From Salpingoeca rosetta (Eukaryota > Protista > Choanoflagellata), in contig JAWQFM010000001.1 of assembly GCA_033442325.1 (NCBI GenBank), forward strand, positions 2,584,047 to 2,648,046: a stretch of DNA of 64,000 nucleotides, written 5' to 3'. Every line of letters starts with the position of its first letter. Within the stretch, counting starts at the first letter, position 1. Below are positions 12,624 to 27,000 of the stretch, one piece after another. Made by a program: the position numbers and the translations under genes. The notes beneath the pieces were generated by a model. It was not told the DNA's origin and searched no databases. It was given only the letters and a program-made list of their open reading frames with translations.

Positions 12624-13287
12624 GCACACACGCACGCACACACACACACATATTCATTGCCCCCATCTTCTGTCCCACTCGACCGCTTGTAATGTAGGTG
12701 CAAGAAGGCCAACAACGGTGACCCCACCAAGTGCCTCGAACAGGGCGAGGCTGTGACCAAATGCGGCATTGAATTGTGAGTTTGAAGCCCACAGTCGCAC
12801 CCATGTTCTTTTATTGGTAGCGCTGGTGTTGATGTAAATTCTTTCCTAGCGTGGTGTCTTGGGTCTTGCCTTGCATTTGCTATTCATGCACTGGGGCGTC
12901 CAAGCTGAAGACTACTCGTGGGTTTGATGACGCCAGTTAATCCTCTTCTGCCACCTGCGTCCTCCTTCCTCTTCTCCTCTCTCTCCTTTCATTTGTCTCG
13001 CCTGTCAGCTTCAAGGCCCTGCGCAGCAACTGCGGTGCCGAGCTTGATGCGCAAGCAGAGTGCCTTGAGTCCAACAACCACACATTCTCCAAGTGCCGCA
13101 AGACGCAATCTGCACTTGACGAGTGTGTCTTTGAGAAGATGGTATGTCCTGCATGTAGAGTGCCTTTGTGCTTGTGCTTGTGTTTGTGCTTGTGCGTGTG
13201 TGCGTGTGTGCGTGTTTGTGTGCTTGTGTGGTTACCACGTCCTGTCCCTGCGCTGTATGTCTTCTTTGTGTCTGATCCCCGCGTCAA

Positions 13288-13346
<59 letters not shown>

Positions 13347-13431
13347 TTGCTTCCCTGTCCACCAGAACCTTGATGGGGCGTACAAGACGTACGACACAAC
13401 GCGCGCGTCGAGCTCGTATGCGCAGGAGTGA
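12280..13431 (+). CDS. NDUFA8: NADH:ubiquinone oxidoreductase subunit A8 (CX9C protein)
   Basis: Four exons: TSAVLKAAARHMGQACAEVSLGYMRCKKANNGDPTKCLEQGEAVTKCGIEFFKALRSNCGAELDAQAECLESNNHTFSKCRKTQSALDECVFEKM..., four CX9C motifs. TGA 13429-13431. Confidence 0.93.
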
Positions 13432-13858
13432 GGATAGTTGCTTGTTTTGCACCCACATGACCATAATCACAGCTGCTGCCACAACAAACGAGGAAGAAGA
13501 ACAACACCTACAACAGAATAGCAACAACTACCACAACTGCAGCAACAATGAACAAGTTTGTGCCGCTGCCTGGCCTTCCTTCCCTCGTTGTGGCTGTGTG
13601 TTGGAGGGTGCAGCAAGAGGAGGAATAATGCGTGAAATGTGTGAGAAGCAGGTGTTGATGAGAGACGTGTGTGTGCGTGTGTGCGTGTGTGTGCGTGTGT
13701 TCATTCTGTGTGTTTGTGTTTGTCGTACAATTCTCGCAAACCCGCATGCGCGTTTGTATGTGTGCCAGTGTGCTTTCGGAAGTAAAGCAGCAAGCGCACC
13801 CCCCCCCCACACACAGTGTGGTGTGTCACATATCAAACATGCCACACCGTGTCGTGAC

Positions 13859-13930
<72 letters not shown>
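13859..13930. repeat. (ATG)n trinucleotide microsatellite between the convergent NDUFA8 and ODAD4 3' ends
   Basis: About 24 uninterrupted ATG units. Confidence 0.98.
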
Positions 13931-14143
13931 TCAGTTTACAATCGACATGTGTCATTGACGAATGAGCGAGGACACAAGACAAAGCAGGACGCAAGAACAA
14001 GCACAGGGGCACAGTGCACGACACATGCACACGAATGTTGAAGAGACGCAGAACAACCGCACACAAACAACTGCAGCAACAGCAGCAACACCAGCACAAA
14101 ACACGAACACAGCTGCAACAGCAACCACCGCATGCTGCTCCGT

Positions 14144-14839
14144 TCAAGCATCTCCGGCACCTGCAAACGGAATGGTGGGAACAGCGACATCGCAGGGTCT
14201 GGCGTGAGCAATGGGCAGCACGACAAGCAGCATAGAACCGCGCAAAGCAGCAAGCAACCGCGCAAAGCAGGGATGGGCTGAGGTTGATCACACAACCGCA
14301 GCTTACCTTGATCCTGTGCATCACCATCATCTTCACCATCACCTTCACCATCACCATCACCATCACCACCATCATCATCATCATCATCACCATCATCGCT
14401 GTAGCCGTCAGCATCGTCGTTCCCATCACCACCACCATCCTGCGCGCTCAGGTCCATGTGGCTCTCGCGTTCCTCTTGAATCGCATCTGCGGTGGTGGTG
14501 GTGGTGGTGGTGGTGGTGGAGGAGGAGGAGGAGGAGGAGGAGGAGGAGGAGGAGGAGGAGGAGGAGGAGGAGAAGGAGGAGGAGGAGGAGGAGGAGGAGG
14601 AGGAGGAGGAGGAGGAGGAGGAGGAGGAGGNNNNNNNNNNNNNNNNNNNNNNNNNNNNNNNNNNNNNNNNNNNNNNNNNNNNNNNNNNNNNNNNNNNNNN
14701 NNNNNNNNNNNNNNNNNNNNNNNNNNNNNNGAGGAGGAGGAGGAGGAGGTGAAGGGGCGTGAGGGCAAATAAAGGAGGGCACACACACGTATAACAGGGT
14801 GATGTCGACGGCGGACAATAAGCAGGTACAAAGAGCAAT

Positions 14840-14933
<94 letters not shown>

Positions 14934-15690
14934 CACGCGACGCCCCAGCACCCGGCGTTGCATACCTGGGTTTGCGTGCTGGGCGTCCTGCGCAGCCTTG
15001 AGAAGGGCGTTCTTGAGGTCGCGCTTGTACAGATCGCCGGCCAGCTCCGCCGCCGCCTTGAACGTGTGGTACGCCTCCGTCCGCTGATTGTTTTGCTCTG
15101 CAGGGTGGGGGCGTGGTTGCATGTGGTGTGTGTATGTGTGTATGTGTGTATGTGTGTATGTGTGCATTTGGTGTGTGTGTATGTGTGTATGTGCGTGTGC
15201 GTGTATGCATGTGTGCATGTGTGCATGTGTGTGTATGTGTGTTTGGGGAATTAACTCGTGAGCGCGACATCTTGTGCCCACAGGCTGCGCAAAAGTGACA
15301 CATAGACAAAGACAAGCCTTCGACCAATCCACGATAACAGCAAAGCAGCCACGACTGCCTGCCAGCACCTTGTGCCTGTGCCTTGAGGATGGTGAGGTAA
15401 AGGGTCCACTCCCTGCTCTCTGCGAGTTCAGCAGCATCGAGTCCCGCCAGCGCAGAGTCGAGGGCTTCGTTGACGTCGCCGAGCTCCAGGTAGCAGCGGC
15501 CAAGCTCGTGGTGCAGCCACGCCGCCGTCAGGTCCCCAATTTGCATCCCGGCCGCTTGCACCCACGCAGACGCAGCCTGCAGGTGACACAAGGCACGTTG
15601 CGCGCGCGTGGCGTGTGTAAGCAACGGAGGAGGGCTGATTTGGAAGCTCATTATGCACACTTCGACGGAGATACATCGTGCAACCGTCAG

Positions 15691-15788
<98 letters not shown>

Positions 15789-18740
15789 GGCCGTACCTCG
15801 CGCAGCTCGCCGATGATTGCGTTGCAGCGGGCAATCTGGCAGAGGGCGCGCATACGGTAGCGGTCCTCCACAGACACATCCAGGTCCTGGTGGGGTGACG
15901 GGAAGACGGGATGGATGTTTGGGGAGGTGTTGGGGTGAGTGATAGGCAATTTGGGGGAAGAGGCAAAGGAGGAAGAGGGGGGGGGGGTCGAGGTGACGTA
16001 CAGAACGGCGCGATGGAACGGCAGCAGGTCAGTGTGAGCGATACACGTGCATTACACACGGCAGCAGCTGTGTATTCACAAGTCCAGGCGTTTGGCAGTG
16101 TGCTTCGACAACCCTCCTCCCTCCACCCCAATCGGTGCACGGCTCACCATGGTGTGTTCCTTGAGGGCCTCCTGGTAGTTCTCCTTTGCATACAAGCTGG
16201 CGCCCTTCAGGCTGTGTGCAAGGCCGACAATCTCACGCTCATCGCGCGTCTCTGGGGATTTGATCACGCGCAGCACGTCCTCGCACGCCTCAATGCACTT
16301 GTCCGGACGCATGCTCCGGTACGCTGCAGCCGACGGTGGGCGGTGGTGGCAGTGATGATGATGTGAATCAAGAAAGTGTGCAATTACACATAGTATGCAG
16401 TAATTTTGTGTTCTGCTGGCCACACGATGTTGATACAATGCGCACAACAGAAGCAGCACCAACAAGAAGCAGCAACACACGAAGAACCAAACAACAACAG
16501 CACCAACAAGAAGCAGCAAACAACAACAGCACCAATCTAGCACCAAACCAACTTCAACAACAGGCATACACCGAGCAAGCACCAATCAGCAATCACGGGG
16601 CGCCTACCCTGGAGGGCGCGTTCGAGGTCGGACTGCGCCTTTGTCTTTGCCTCCTGCGTGACGGGCCGCTTTTTGGGCTTCCCCGCCGTGGCCATGCGGC
16701 TTGTGCGGGTGCTGATGCGCCCCTTCTGCTCCTTACGCTCCTGCTCCCGCACGTAGATGGGCTTCTGCTGGCGCCAAAACTCGGTGCGCTTGTCGAGGTA
16801 CTGCAGGCCCGAAGCCGCCAGCGTCTTGATGTCGCCGCCCTGACCCAGGCGCAGGCTCGGGTCGTTCACCAGCGACTGCACGCCACAGAGGTGGACAGAA
16901 AGGCCAAGTTAGGCAGCGGTGAGGTGAGAGTGAGAGTGAGTGAGTGAGAGTGAGTGAGAGTGAGTGAGTGAGTGAGAGAGTGAGTGAGAGAGTGAGTGAG
17001 AGAGTGAATGAGTGAGTGAATGAGTGAGTGAGTGAATGAGTGAGTGAGTGAGTGAGTGAGTGAGTGAGTGAGTGAGTGAGTGAGTGGGTGTGATATCGGT
17101 TGAGAGTCATCATGTCTCTTGCCGTTGTGCCAACATGACACCACCACCACCACCACCACCACCACTACCATCAATACACCACCAGCACTACCATCTTCAA
17201 GCACCGGCAGTGCATGCACCTCGAGGTAAGCGCGGTCAGCATAGAGCTCGCCAAGCAGCTGCTTGACGGTCTTGTCGTTGGTCTGCGGGCCAGGTCGTGC
17301 GCTGCGGTTACGGGCCGTGCCCTTGCGCCGCTGCCCACCAACGCGCTTCTTGCCCGCTGTTGCCTCCAGCCCTTGGTGGAACATCGTCAGGTCACCCTCT
17401 GTCGTCAGCGTGCACTTCTTCGTGCCTGCGTTAGCACGGTTATGCGTAGCCGTGATGGTGACAATCGGTCCCTCAGGTGAGCGCCAAATCACAATTGACG
17501 AAGCACACGTGCAAACGGTGCACGCACAAACAAATAAACAAACAAACAAACAAACAAAAAAACAACACAAAATTCACGACACACGATCCAAGATACATAA
17601 TACACGACATACACTCTACGTGCACACAGAAGCAAACAGCAAAGCGCAGTGAACAAGCCCGATTCCACATGCACACGCACTTCCGATGGCGTTGTCGATG
17701 GCCTCCCGCGCCTTCTGAATGCCAAGCTTGAACTTCTTCATGTCGGGCCTCATCTGGGGGACACACACGTCCACAGCGCACATTATAACACATTGCAGAA
17801 GACCGGGTTGATGAGCAATTGTGATGTCGTCAATGATGTGGAATTTGTAGGTACTTCAAGCAAGCACAAACGTGTACGCGCACACAAACACGCACAGACA
17901 CATGTACCTGGTTGCCAATGTGATAGAAGAGGAGCGCAAACTCAAAATCGCCCTTGAAGTAGAGCGCTTCCGCTTTGGCATAGATGCCCTGTGTGAAATT
18001 GGTGGCATGCAATACGCACGTGAGATGCGCAGACAACAGGTGACCCGTCTCGCACCACAAACGCCAGCTCCAGCCGAGCCTAGATGCGAAACACAACTCA
18101 AAACAGGCATGGGCGACCAACACGACCAAACCCAAAGCATGAGGTTGCTCTAACCGTAATGAGATCCTTGTCCATGTTAAGGGCAGACTCGGCATCTTGC
18201 AGCGCCTCATCGTGCTGGCCAATCTTCAGATAGCACCGTGATCTCATGCAGTAGCAGTGCTTGCCAATGTCATCCTGCAGCACACCGCCCACAGAGATTG
18301 CCTCCAAGGCCTGCCAACAAAGGGAGAAACACAACACAAACAGTCAGTGAAAGATATAAGGCAATCACACCAGGCCAACCATGTTGGATCTGTGGCTGTG
18401 CCTTTGCGTGGATACGTGTGCGTGTGCGGGCGTGTGCGGAGTTGGAAACGAAACGCATATCGGTGATAACCTCGTGCTGCCAATAACAGCGGGAACGATC
18501 AACCCTGTCGTCGAAACACAGACACAGACACACACACACACAGACACACACACACACAGACACACACACAGGCATACACAGACAGACACACACACACACA
18601 AACAAGCAAGCGCACAGCAGTTGCAGCACCTGTGTGTAGCACTCCACGGCCTGGGCATAGTTTGAGCCTTGCTCAAAGGTCTGCCCTTCTGCCATGAACT
18701 TGTTGTATTCCGCCATGCTCACTTCGCCTCCCTCCGCCAT
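14144..18740 (-). CDS. ODAD4: Outer dynein arm docking complex subunit 4 (TTC25), TPR protein
   Basis: TPRs plus diagnostic segments [88 protein letters not shown]. Acidic tail ending GAGDA*. Confidence 0.9.
14491..14748. repeat. (GGT)n-(GGA)n intronic repeat spanning an N-gap
   Basis: Seen directly. On the - strand it forms the pyrimidine-rich tract before the ODAD4 penultimate exon. Confidence 0.95.
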
Positions 18741-19085
18741 GGTTGCGGTTGTGGTGGTGGTGTTGTTCTTGTGGTGGTTGTCTCTGCCTGCGTCTGCGTT
18801 TGCGTTCAGGTTCAACACATGCACACAAGGATCACGGGTACGTGTTCGCACAGGGTGAAGCGTGAGAACGGGGAAAATACACGTCAGTTCGTGTGTGTGG
18901 GTGTGTATGTTGCAGCAAGGTGAGCGACTGCTGTTGGTTGCAGTTACAAGCAGCAGAAGCAGCAGCAGCAGCAGCAGCATCATGGACTTCAACCGAGCGA
19001 GCCATCAGCACACCAACACACCAACACACCAGCACACCACCAACAAAGCAGCAAAGGCTCTTCTCGCTCTCTCGCCTGCCTGCTT

Positions 19086-19099
19086 GTTGTCTTGGATGC
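19086..19099. promoter_or_regulatory. Candidate RFX X-box upstream of ODAD4
   Basis: GTTGTCTTGGATGC, an imperfect palindrome resembling GTTGYC-NN-GGNAAC, about 350 bp upstream of a ciliary gene ATG. Confidence 0.4.
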
Positions 19100-19295
19100 T
19101 TGACGACGATTGTGCAGATCGTTGGTGAATATTATTACACAGTTTTCTACACTGCCTGGTCTCGCGCACGACACCACAAATCTACCAGCAACACAACTGC
19201 CACCGCAGCAGCAGCTCAACCGTCCAACACACACCACACTCGCACACACCGCGTTCACATCGCACCAGCCAGCCAGCCGCACGAACAACAACATC

Positions 19296-19448
19296 ATGGG
19301 GAATGGCATGAGCGTGGATGTCCCTGGGGGAGGATCCGAGGGATATCAAGTGCTGAAGGTGCAGCCAAACTCCCCCGGTGCCTTGTCGGGACTTGAGCCG
19401 TTCTTCGACTACATCATCGCCATCAACGACCAGCGCTTGGTGCGTGCC

Positions 19449-19481
<33 letters not shown>

Positions 19482-20247
19482 GTTTGTGTGTGTTGGAAGG
19501 GAGGGAGGTGGATACGTGGAAACAAGAAGACACGGAGTGGCCAGTGTGTTGTGGTTGGAATTTGGAATGTGCTGACGCTCGCTTGAACTGCCATCTGTGA
19601 TCCACGCTGTCTCCCTGCCACACATACATGCACACACGTATGTCCGCTCACACATGCACACATGCACACATGCATACATGCACACACGGACTGCCTTGTG
19701 TGATGGCAGACACACGGGGATGAGCTGAGGACGATTGCTGCAAAGAACGTTGGCCAGGCACTGCGCCTTCTTGTGTTCTCAAGCAAGGATCAATTTGTCA
19801 GAGGTGCGTGGATTCATCGTGACACGCGTCTTGCTGCTTTTCATGTCACAGCAGCCAGGCATGTGTTCATGCATGTGCACCGCGTGTGAGTGCGCGATCC
19901 ATATTTGGCCCTGCCCTCATGAACGTGCTGTGCGCGCCTGCGTGCCGTGCCGTGCCGTGCTTGTGTTGGACAGAGGTTTCGCTCGTGCCTCGCGACAACT
20001 GGGGTGGCGATGGCTTGTTGGGCATCAGCGTGCGCTTCACCTCATTTGAAGGTGCCTGCGAGAACGTCTGGCACATCCTGGTAAGCACTGACTGGGTGTG
20101 CCTGGCACTGCGTGTGCTTTGCATTGTGTGTGGGCCTGCCTGCTTGCCTGCCTGCCGTGTGTGTGTGTGTCTGTGTGTGTGTGTGTGTGTCTGTGTGTGT
20201 GTGTGTGTGTCTGCCTGTCTGTCAGTCTGCCTGTCTGCCTGTCTGCC

Positions 20248-20314
<67 letters not shown>

Positions 20315-21601
20315 TGGTGTCCACGTGGGGGAATGGCTGGTCCTGGCCTCGGTTGAATGAGTGCTGGCTGGTTTGACGTTCTTAAACTGCGGTTCAACTG
20401 CCGCCTCTGCTGTGACTGCCACTGTCGCTCGGGCGACGCCAACGCAGGATGTGCAACCCGGCTCGCCGGCCGCCATGGCGCAGCTGCAGTCCAACACGGA
20501 CTACGTCGTCTGCGCCGACCACCCGCTCGAGGACCGCGAAGACTTGTACGTGTGTGTCTGTGTCTGTATTTCTCTGTCTCTCTGTATCCGTGCATATGCG
20601 TGTGTGTGTGTGTGCCTGTGTGTGTGTGCCTGTGTTGTGTGTCTGTGCGCCTGTGTGTGTCTGTGTAATGACGAGGACGCATATGTGTGGGTCTGCTGCG
20701 TACGTTTGTGTGGATTGGAACCAGTCACTACGCCTAACATCATGGTCACGTGCACCTACTTATTGTTTGCTCAGCTTCCACCTGATTCAAAGCCATGACC
20801 GCAAGCCGCTGCGCCTCTATGTCTACAACTCGGACACAGACAGCTGCCGGGAGGTGGTCATCACACCAAACTCCCAATGGGGCGGCGAGGGCATGTGCGT
20901 TCAGATTCCTTGCTCGCTCCTTCGCTTGCTCGCTTGCTCGCTTGCTCACTCCTTTGCTTGTTCCGCTGCGGCTCATGTGTTCTTGGGGGAGGTGCATGCA
21001 TTCTTGTGTGCATGCACGCTCAGTTGCGGATCGAGTGCTCTGTGACCGTGTGTTGCGTGTTTATCGCACTGGTGTGACCGCTCGGTGCGAGAGCATGTTC
21101 ATTTACGCACACACATGTGCACGACTGACATACTGTGGCTGTTGCTGTAATTGCTCATAGGCTGGGCTGTGGCATTGGCTACGGCTACCTGCATCGCATT
21201 CCCGCCAAGCACGCACGCTCCACAGAGAACGTAGGCTTTCGCGTGCGCGTATATGTCCGTGCGTGCACGTGCGTGCGTGTGTGTATGTGTGAGCGAGAGG
21301 AGGGAGAGGGAGCGAGAGAGTACGTGTGTCTGTGTGCGTGTGTGTGTGCGCGCTCAGCAAACATACTGTCATTACCCACCACGAATAACCTCCACCATTC
21401 CCCAATGTTTAGACGGGAACAACACGCGCTGTGGCCGTGCCAGCCGTTCCAATGTCATTCAACAACGGTCAGTATATGTTTGACAAACTCGAGCGCTCTG
21501 CTTTGTGTCTGCATGCATCTTTTCTCTCTCTTGCACTTCGTTCTCCGCTTTCCGTCCACCCCCATCAAAGGTCGTGTCGCTCCCATACACGTGTGCAGCT
21601 C

Positions 21602-21662
<61 letters not shown>

Positions 21663-22125
21663 CTCTCTCTCTCTTGCTCTCTCATGCACGCACGCATTTT
21701 CGTTTGACAAACTTCGTTGGTGTTTGCAGATGCATTTACGTCCATCTCTCTGGCCACGGTTGCACCAACGACATACAACCAGATGCAGCAGCAGTCCCAT
21801 CAGCAATTCCATCAGCAATTCCAGCAACCACAGCACCACCAGCAACCACAGCAGCAACACCAACCACAGCAGCAACAAGGAAACGGTGCGGTGACCGTTG
21901 AAATGTCCGGGTCATCTGTCATGCCACCCTCGCTCATGACAGCAGCCCCGCCATCGGTCACAGATACACGCGCCACCACAACCAGTCAGGCTGCACCACC
22001 GACCTTCACCACCGCCACGACGACCCCATATGCAGCGCCTGTGCCTGTCTCACCCACCACCACAACCACCACTGGCAGCAGCACAACCAGCGCCACAACA
22101 GCAATATCAGTTCCAATACCCACCC

Positions 22126-22184
<59 letters not shown>

Positions 22185-22704
22185 CGCGGTGTCCACCACA
22201 TCAGGTATGACCATGCATCCTCACCCCACCATGCAGCAGCCACAACGGCAGGTGCAACAGCCACAGCAGCAAGCACAGCAGCACAGCGCACCGCCAATGC
22301 GTCAGTTCCAAGTGCCGGACGTGCGGTCCGGTGGCGTCTTCTCCGCTCCTGCGCACACGCGTGCACAAGCAACAGGGACAGCGGCGCCAACACTGTCGCC
22401 GTCGCTCGGCAACATGCCGCAGCTCGTGCCGGCAAAGCCTGCCCAAGTGGCGTGGTCTGGCAACGGAGGCACAAACGGCAGCAGCGCACCCGCGCCCACA
22501 CTGCACCACCAGCTACAGGGCATGTCGCTTCACGCCGCCGCGCCAACAGCAGCAACAACAACAGCGCCGTCCGCAACTTCGTCTGGACACAGCGGCCGTG
22601 GTGTCTCCACCACATTCCGCTCGCTCGCTGACGATGGTCAGATGCAGCCTGCAAACATCACGCACTACACGTCTTCACAGCCGGCACCGCAGCCAAATGC
22701 TTGA
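19296..22704 (+). CDS. GORASP: Golgi reassembly-stacking protein (GRASP55/65 family)
   Basis: Myristoylation-type [41 protein letters not shown]; [40 protein letters not shown]; [46 protein letters not shown]-rich tail with an ambiguous frame (stop at 22631 or 22704). Confidence 0.93.
20215..20313. repeat. (CTGT)n tetranucleotide microsatellite
   Basis: Seen directly; another at 51492-51571. Confidence 0.95.
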
Positions 22705-22811
22705 CGCGCGCGCGTGGCAAACATGTTCACCATGTTGTGTTGTTTCCCTTTGATCGCTTGCCTGCCCATGTAGCTTGTCAGCAGTGATGTGGAAGTGCTT
22801 GTTTGTGTATG

Positions 22812-22859
<48 letters not shown>

Positions 22860-23232
22860 TGTGTTTGTTTGTGCGAGGTTTGGGGCTGTTTCCGTCATGA
22901 GAGTGTTGTTGAATGCGTTACATCACTTTTGCTTCATTGCGGTGCGTTTTCTGTTGTGTCTATGTCCGTTTAGCAGCAACGAGAGATGCAACCAATCCAT
23001 AGCCACACACACGGGTGGAAGTGCACGCGCACAATTGCAGACACGGCAAGGAAACAGTTGGGGTCGTGACATGCGAGCGACCAAACGCTAACAGCAACAA
23101 CAGCACACACGTTGTTGTTGTGCCGGTGGCGAGAACAAGCGAGAAGCAAGCAGCCTGGCGGGAGAGGGGAGATGAGAAGAAAGCAACGCAGTCACGAAAG
23201 CACATGGTCAAGGTATCACGTTGGTTGGATGC

Positions 23233-23670
23233 TTATTTGGTCGAGTTCTCAGTCGCCATTCGCTTCAAATCGGCCACGTCTGTCTCCAGTGCTGCAACAC
23301 GGCCATCCAGCCTGCACGCACACGTGCGAGGTATAGTTTGTTTGTGGGGTTGTGTTTAGTGTTGGGTGACGTGTACAAGGAGGACAAGGAGGGAAGGTGG
23401 GGGCCAAGACCAAACACAAGCAGGCCGCATCGGCAACCGCACAGCGTTAGACAGGACAGCACAGCACGCACAACACAAGCAAGCATCAACTCACGTTTTC
23501 AACGTGGATTGCAGCGAGGTGAAGCCAGTTTCCATCCTGTCTCCACCCACACACGACAAACAACAAGCGGCACCGAGAATCAGAGCAGGTCAAGGGTACG
23601 TGTGTATGCTTGTTGGCGGGGAGGAGAAGGTGGAGTGATTAACATTACAACAACCTACAAGGCGTGCAGG

Positions 23671-23707
<37 letters not shown>

Positions 23708-24041
23708 TACATGCACACACACACACACACACACAAATACATGCACATACGCACCCAGTTTGCAGCTTGAGCAGGAGATCTGTGAGCGCGGCCACGGACG
23801 CATCTGATGCCGTGTGGTCGTGGGCAGACGCCGACGTGGTGGTCGTGGTGTTCGTGGTGTTGGAGTTTGAAGTGGTGGTGGCATCTGGTGCTGGCTTTGC
23901 TGCCTCCTTTGCTGGAGGGCAGTGGGCGGACACCTGGTAGGAACGCGGAAGCAAGCACGTGAGGAACAATCGTAAGTGATGCAACAAGTAGATGTGAGTT
24001 GCTGAGTGGGATATCAAACATCACTGGGAAGCGCAGTTACG

Positions 24042-24086
<45 letters not shown>

Positions 24087-27000
24087 TATACATATACACA
24101 CACATACACGCGCGCGCGTGCAGACGTACGGCGTTGACGATGGCGTCTGCATCGGCTGCAAAGTGGTCGTTGTCGAAGTGAAGATCACAGCACTCGCGAC
24201 CCGCCATGAGCGTGTGCAGCCACCCATCGGGCTCGTACCCCTCCTCCACCCGCACAAACACCACATCGCGGCGGAGGTGCTGCGCGTACTCGCTCTCGGA
24301 TCGGCACGACGCGCTCTCCTTGAACTCGGCGCACACGCACATGACAACGACGGCGGCGCTTTCCACCGCGCGCGCCATTGCATTGAGTGTGTCACCGGAG
24401 GAGTCAGCAATGCCGAGGTGGCACAGAAATCCGCTCGTTTGCAAGTACTCAGCAAGGCGCGCAAGCCGTGGCCGCCTGTGGCAGTGCACATTTGTAGGTT
24501 TGCGTGGTGAGTCGTGCATGGGTGCGTGTTGCATGGGTGCAGGAGATGCGCGAGAGAGGAAGCAACGCGCACACATGTAAACGCACACACATAAACAGAG
24601 GGGTACAACACATGCGTGCGACGCGATGTAGGACGGACCATTCTGCCGGACAGCAAATGAGCACGTGTCGGTCTTCTGTCTTCGTTTCGGCCTTGTCAGC
24701 ACCCTGACTCGGGCCGGCCTGAACACGTAGGTAGGGAAGGACGGTTTGCGCACAGATGCATGTGCGCGCGTGTGTGATAGAACAAGGGGACGGAATGTTG
24801 GGCCGAGAGAGAGTGTGTGTGTATGTGTGAGGGAATGAACAAGGAGTGATTGCGTGCGTGCGTGAGTTTTGAGGTGCCCTGTTGATGGTGAAGGATGTGA
24901 GCGACATGATGTGCTTGCACTCACAAGGCGTTGGTGGTGTTGGAACAGGGCGTGCTCCGCCAGCGTACGCGCCTAGATGCAAAAGCACGCAAATGTTGAG
25001 GAAGGTACAGAAACCGAAAGCAGGGATGAGAGAAACGCGTTGGGGGAAGCGGGAAGATGCTAATAAGGGACATTTGGTGCACAAGAAATGCACACAAGTC
25101 AGTCACACTTCAAACACACGCACACACACACGCACACACACACGCACACACACACACACACACGCACACACACACACGCACACACACACACAGAGTGGAC
25201 GCACCTCCTTTGACGGCGAACGGGAGCGAATGTCCTCCAACAAGGCAACGAGATCCATGTCAAAGTCTGCTTCAAGGTTAAAGGCAAAGCTCATGTTGAG
25301 CAGCAGTTTTGCCGTGCATTCATCGACGAGCGCGCCCTTGGCACCAACCTGCCACCAGTGGCATATGATCGTGCACATGCGCACGCGTCCGAAACACGCA
25401 AATGTGAGCCTTTCATCGTGAATCCACAGCCCAGCACACACACACACACACACAAGAGCATGTAATTATCCACACGAACACACGTTCACGCACTCACACC
25501 CACATATGCACCTCAGCACGCACCCTGTATCCCTTGCAGGTGACATCGACGCATCCCGTGTCCTTGAGCAGTTGCTTGTTTGAGTCTGAGATTGAGAGTT
25601 TCGCCAAGCTCGGCAGGAGCAGCTCCTCCGTGTACACCGCGCCGTGGAACTGCTGCCCAGCGCGCGCATGCTGACCGTGGTGGTGGTGGTGGTGGTGGTG
25701 GTGACAGCGGTGGTAGTAACAGCGGTGGTGGTGGTGAGAAAACGCCGGTGATGTTGGCGGTAGTGTTGGTGGTGGTGGTGGTGGGGAAGGAGGGCTGGTG
25801 AGTGGTTGGATATATCAGTCAGTATGCTGGTGTGGGCCGTGTGCGTGGGTGTGCAGGAAGCAAAACGGCAGGACTGTGTGCGCAGCGCGGACACAATCAT
25901 CTCTGTAACTTTGTTGTTACCTCGAGGCATTCTATCAAGATGCCAAACAAGCTTGTGTCGCCTTGCAGCAACGGATGGTTCTCAATGGTTCCAATCAGGT
26001 TGGCAAGCCCAAGCATGGCGTTGATTGGCTGGCGCTCGGGGTTCTGCGGGATCAAGACGCATGTTGGCGAAGGAAGAGGCGGTTGAATGTGAGGTGATGC
26101 AATGGTGTTTGCAAGACATGCACTCTGCATCGTAGAGGAACCACAATGATGGCACACGCATTCAAATCGTGCCACAACGCAAACACACACACACCGCGCT
26201 CACGCACCTTTGAGACCATGAGGTCGTGAAGAATCTCTGGAAGACCAAAATCGCAGAGGAACTGCACGTGTTTGCGGTCGGCGTGTGCACTGATGCAGCA
26301 CAGCATGCCAACAAGCTTTCCTTTTAGCGAGTCGCCGTAGATGCGCTTACTGCTCAAAACACGACCAATAGCAGGCCAACAATGTGGATGTGAGAAACCA
26401 TTACGATCATGCCACATGCAGCATGCGTGCGTCCTGTCTCACACGAACACACACACACACACACAACACACACAAACACACAAACACACACACACAACAC
26501 ACACACACACATACGACGCACTCAAAGTCGACGGAGTTGTAGATGGCGAGGATGCGGGGGAAGAAGTTGTTCTCGATAACGTAGTTTGCGGACGCGGGGC
26601 AGGCCGTGATGTTCCACGCAGCGTACCCAGCCTGCACCACACAAAGCACGCCAAAGGCAACACGTACACACACAAGCGAGGCAAGAAGAAATGCATGCAC
26701 ATGTGGGTAAATATGTTATTCAAATGTGTGCACATATGTGCGTGCGAGTGTGTGCGCATGTATGTGTGCGTGTGTGTGTGTGCGTGGAAAGGGAGGCCTG
26801 GCAAGACAAGCGTGAGGGCGTAGCAGGTGAAGTGAGGTCACCAACGCCACTGGCACTCGATAGGAACAGAGTCCCGACGCACCGAGAGCTTCACGTCGTC
26901 CACGTCCTGTTCGAGGATGTCGAGGAGAACGCCAATGACGCCCTTTTCTGCCATCCGCTCCCGCCGCACACGCGCATCAGAACTGCTGTCACCGGCACCA

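Noticed and set aside
13859-13930. Poly-Met ORF
   Set aside because: An (ATG)n microsatellite between convergent 3' ends.
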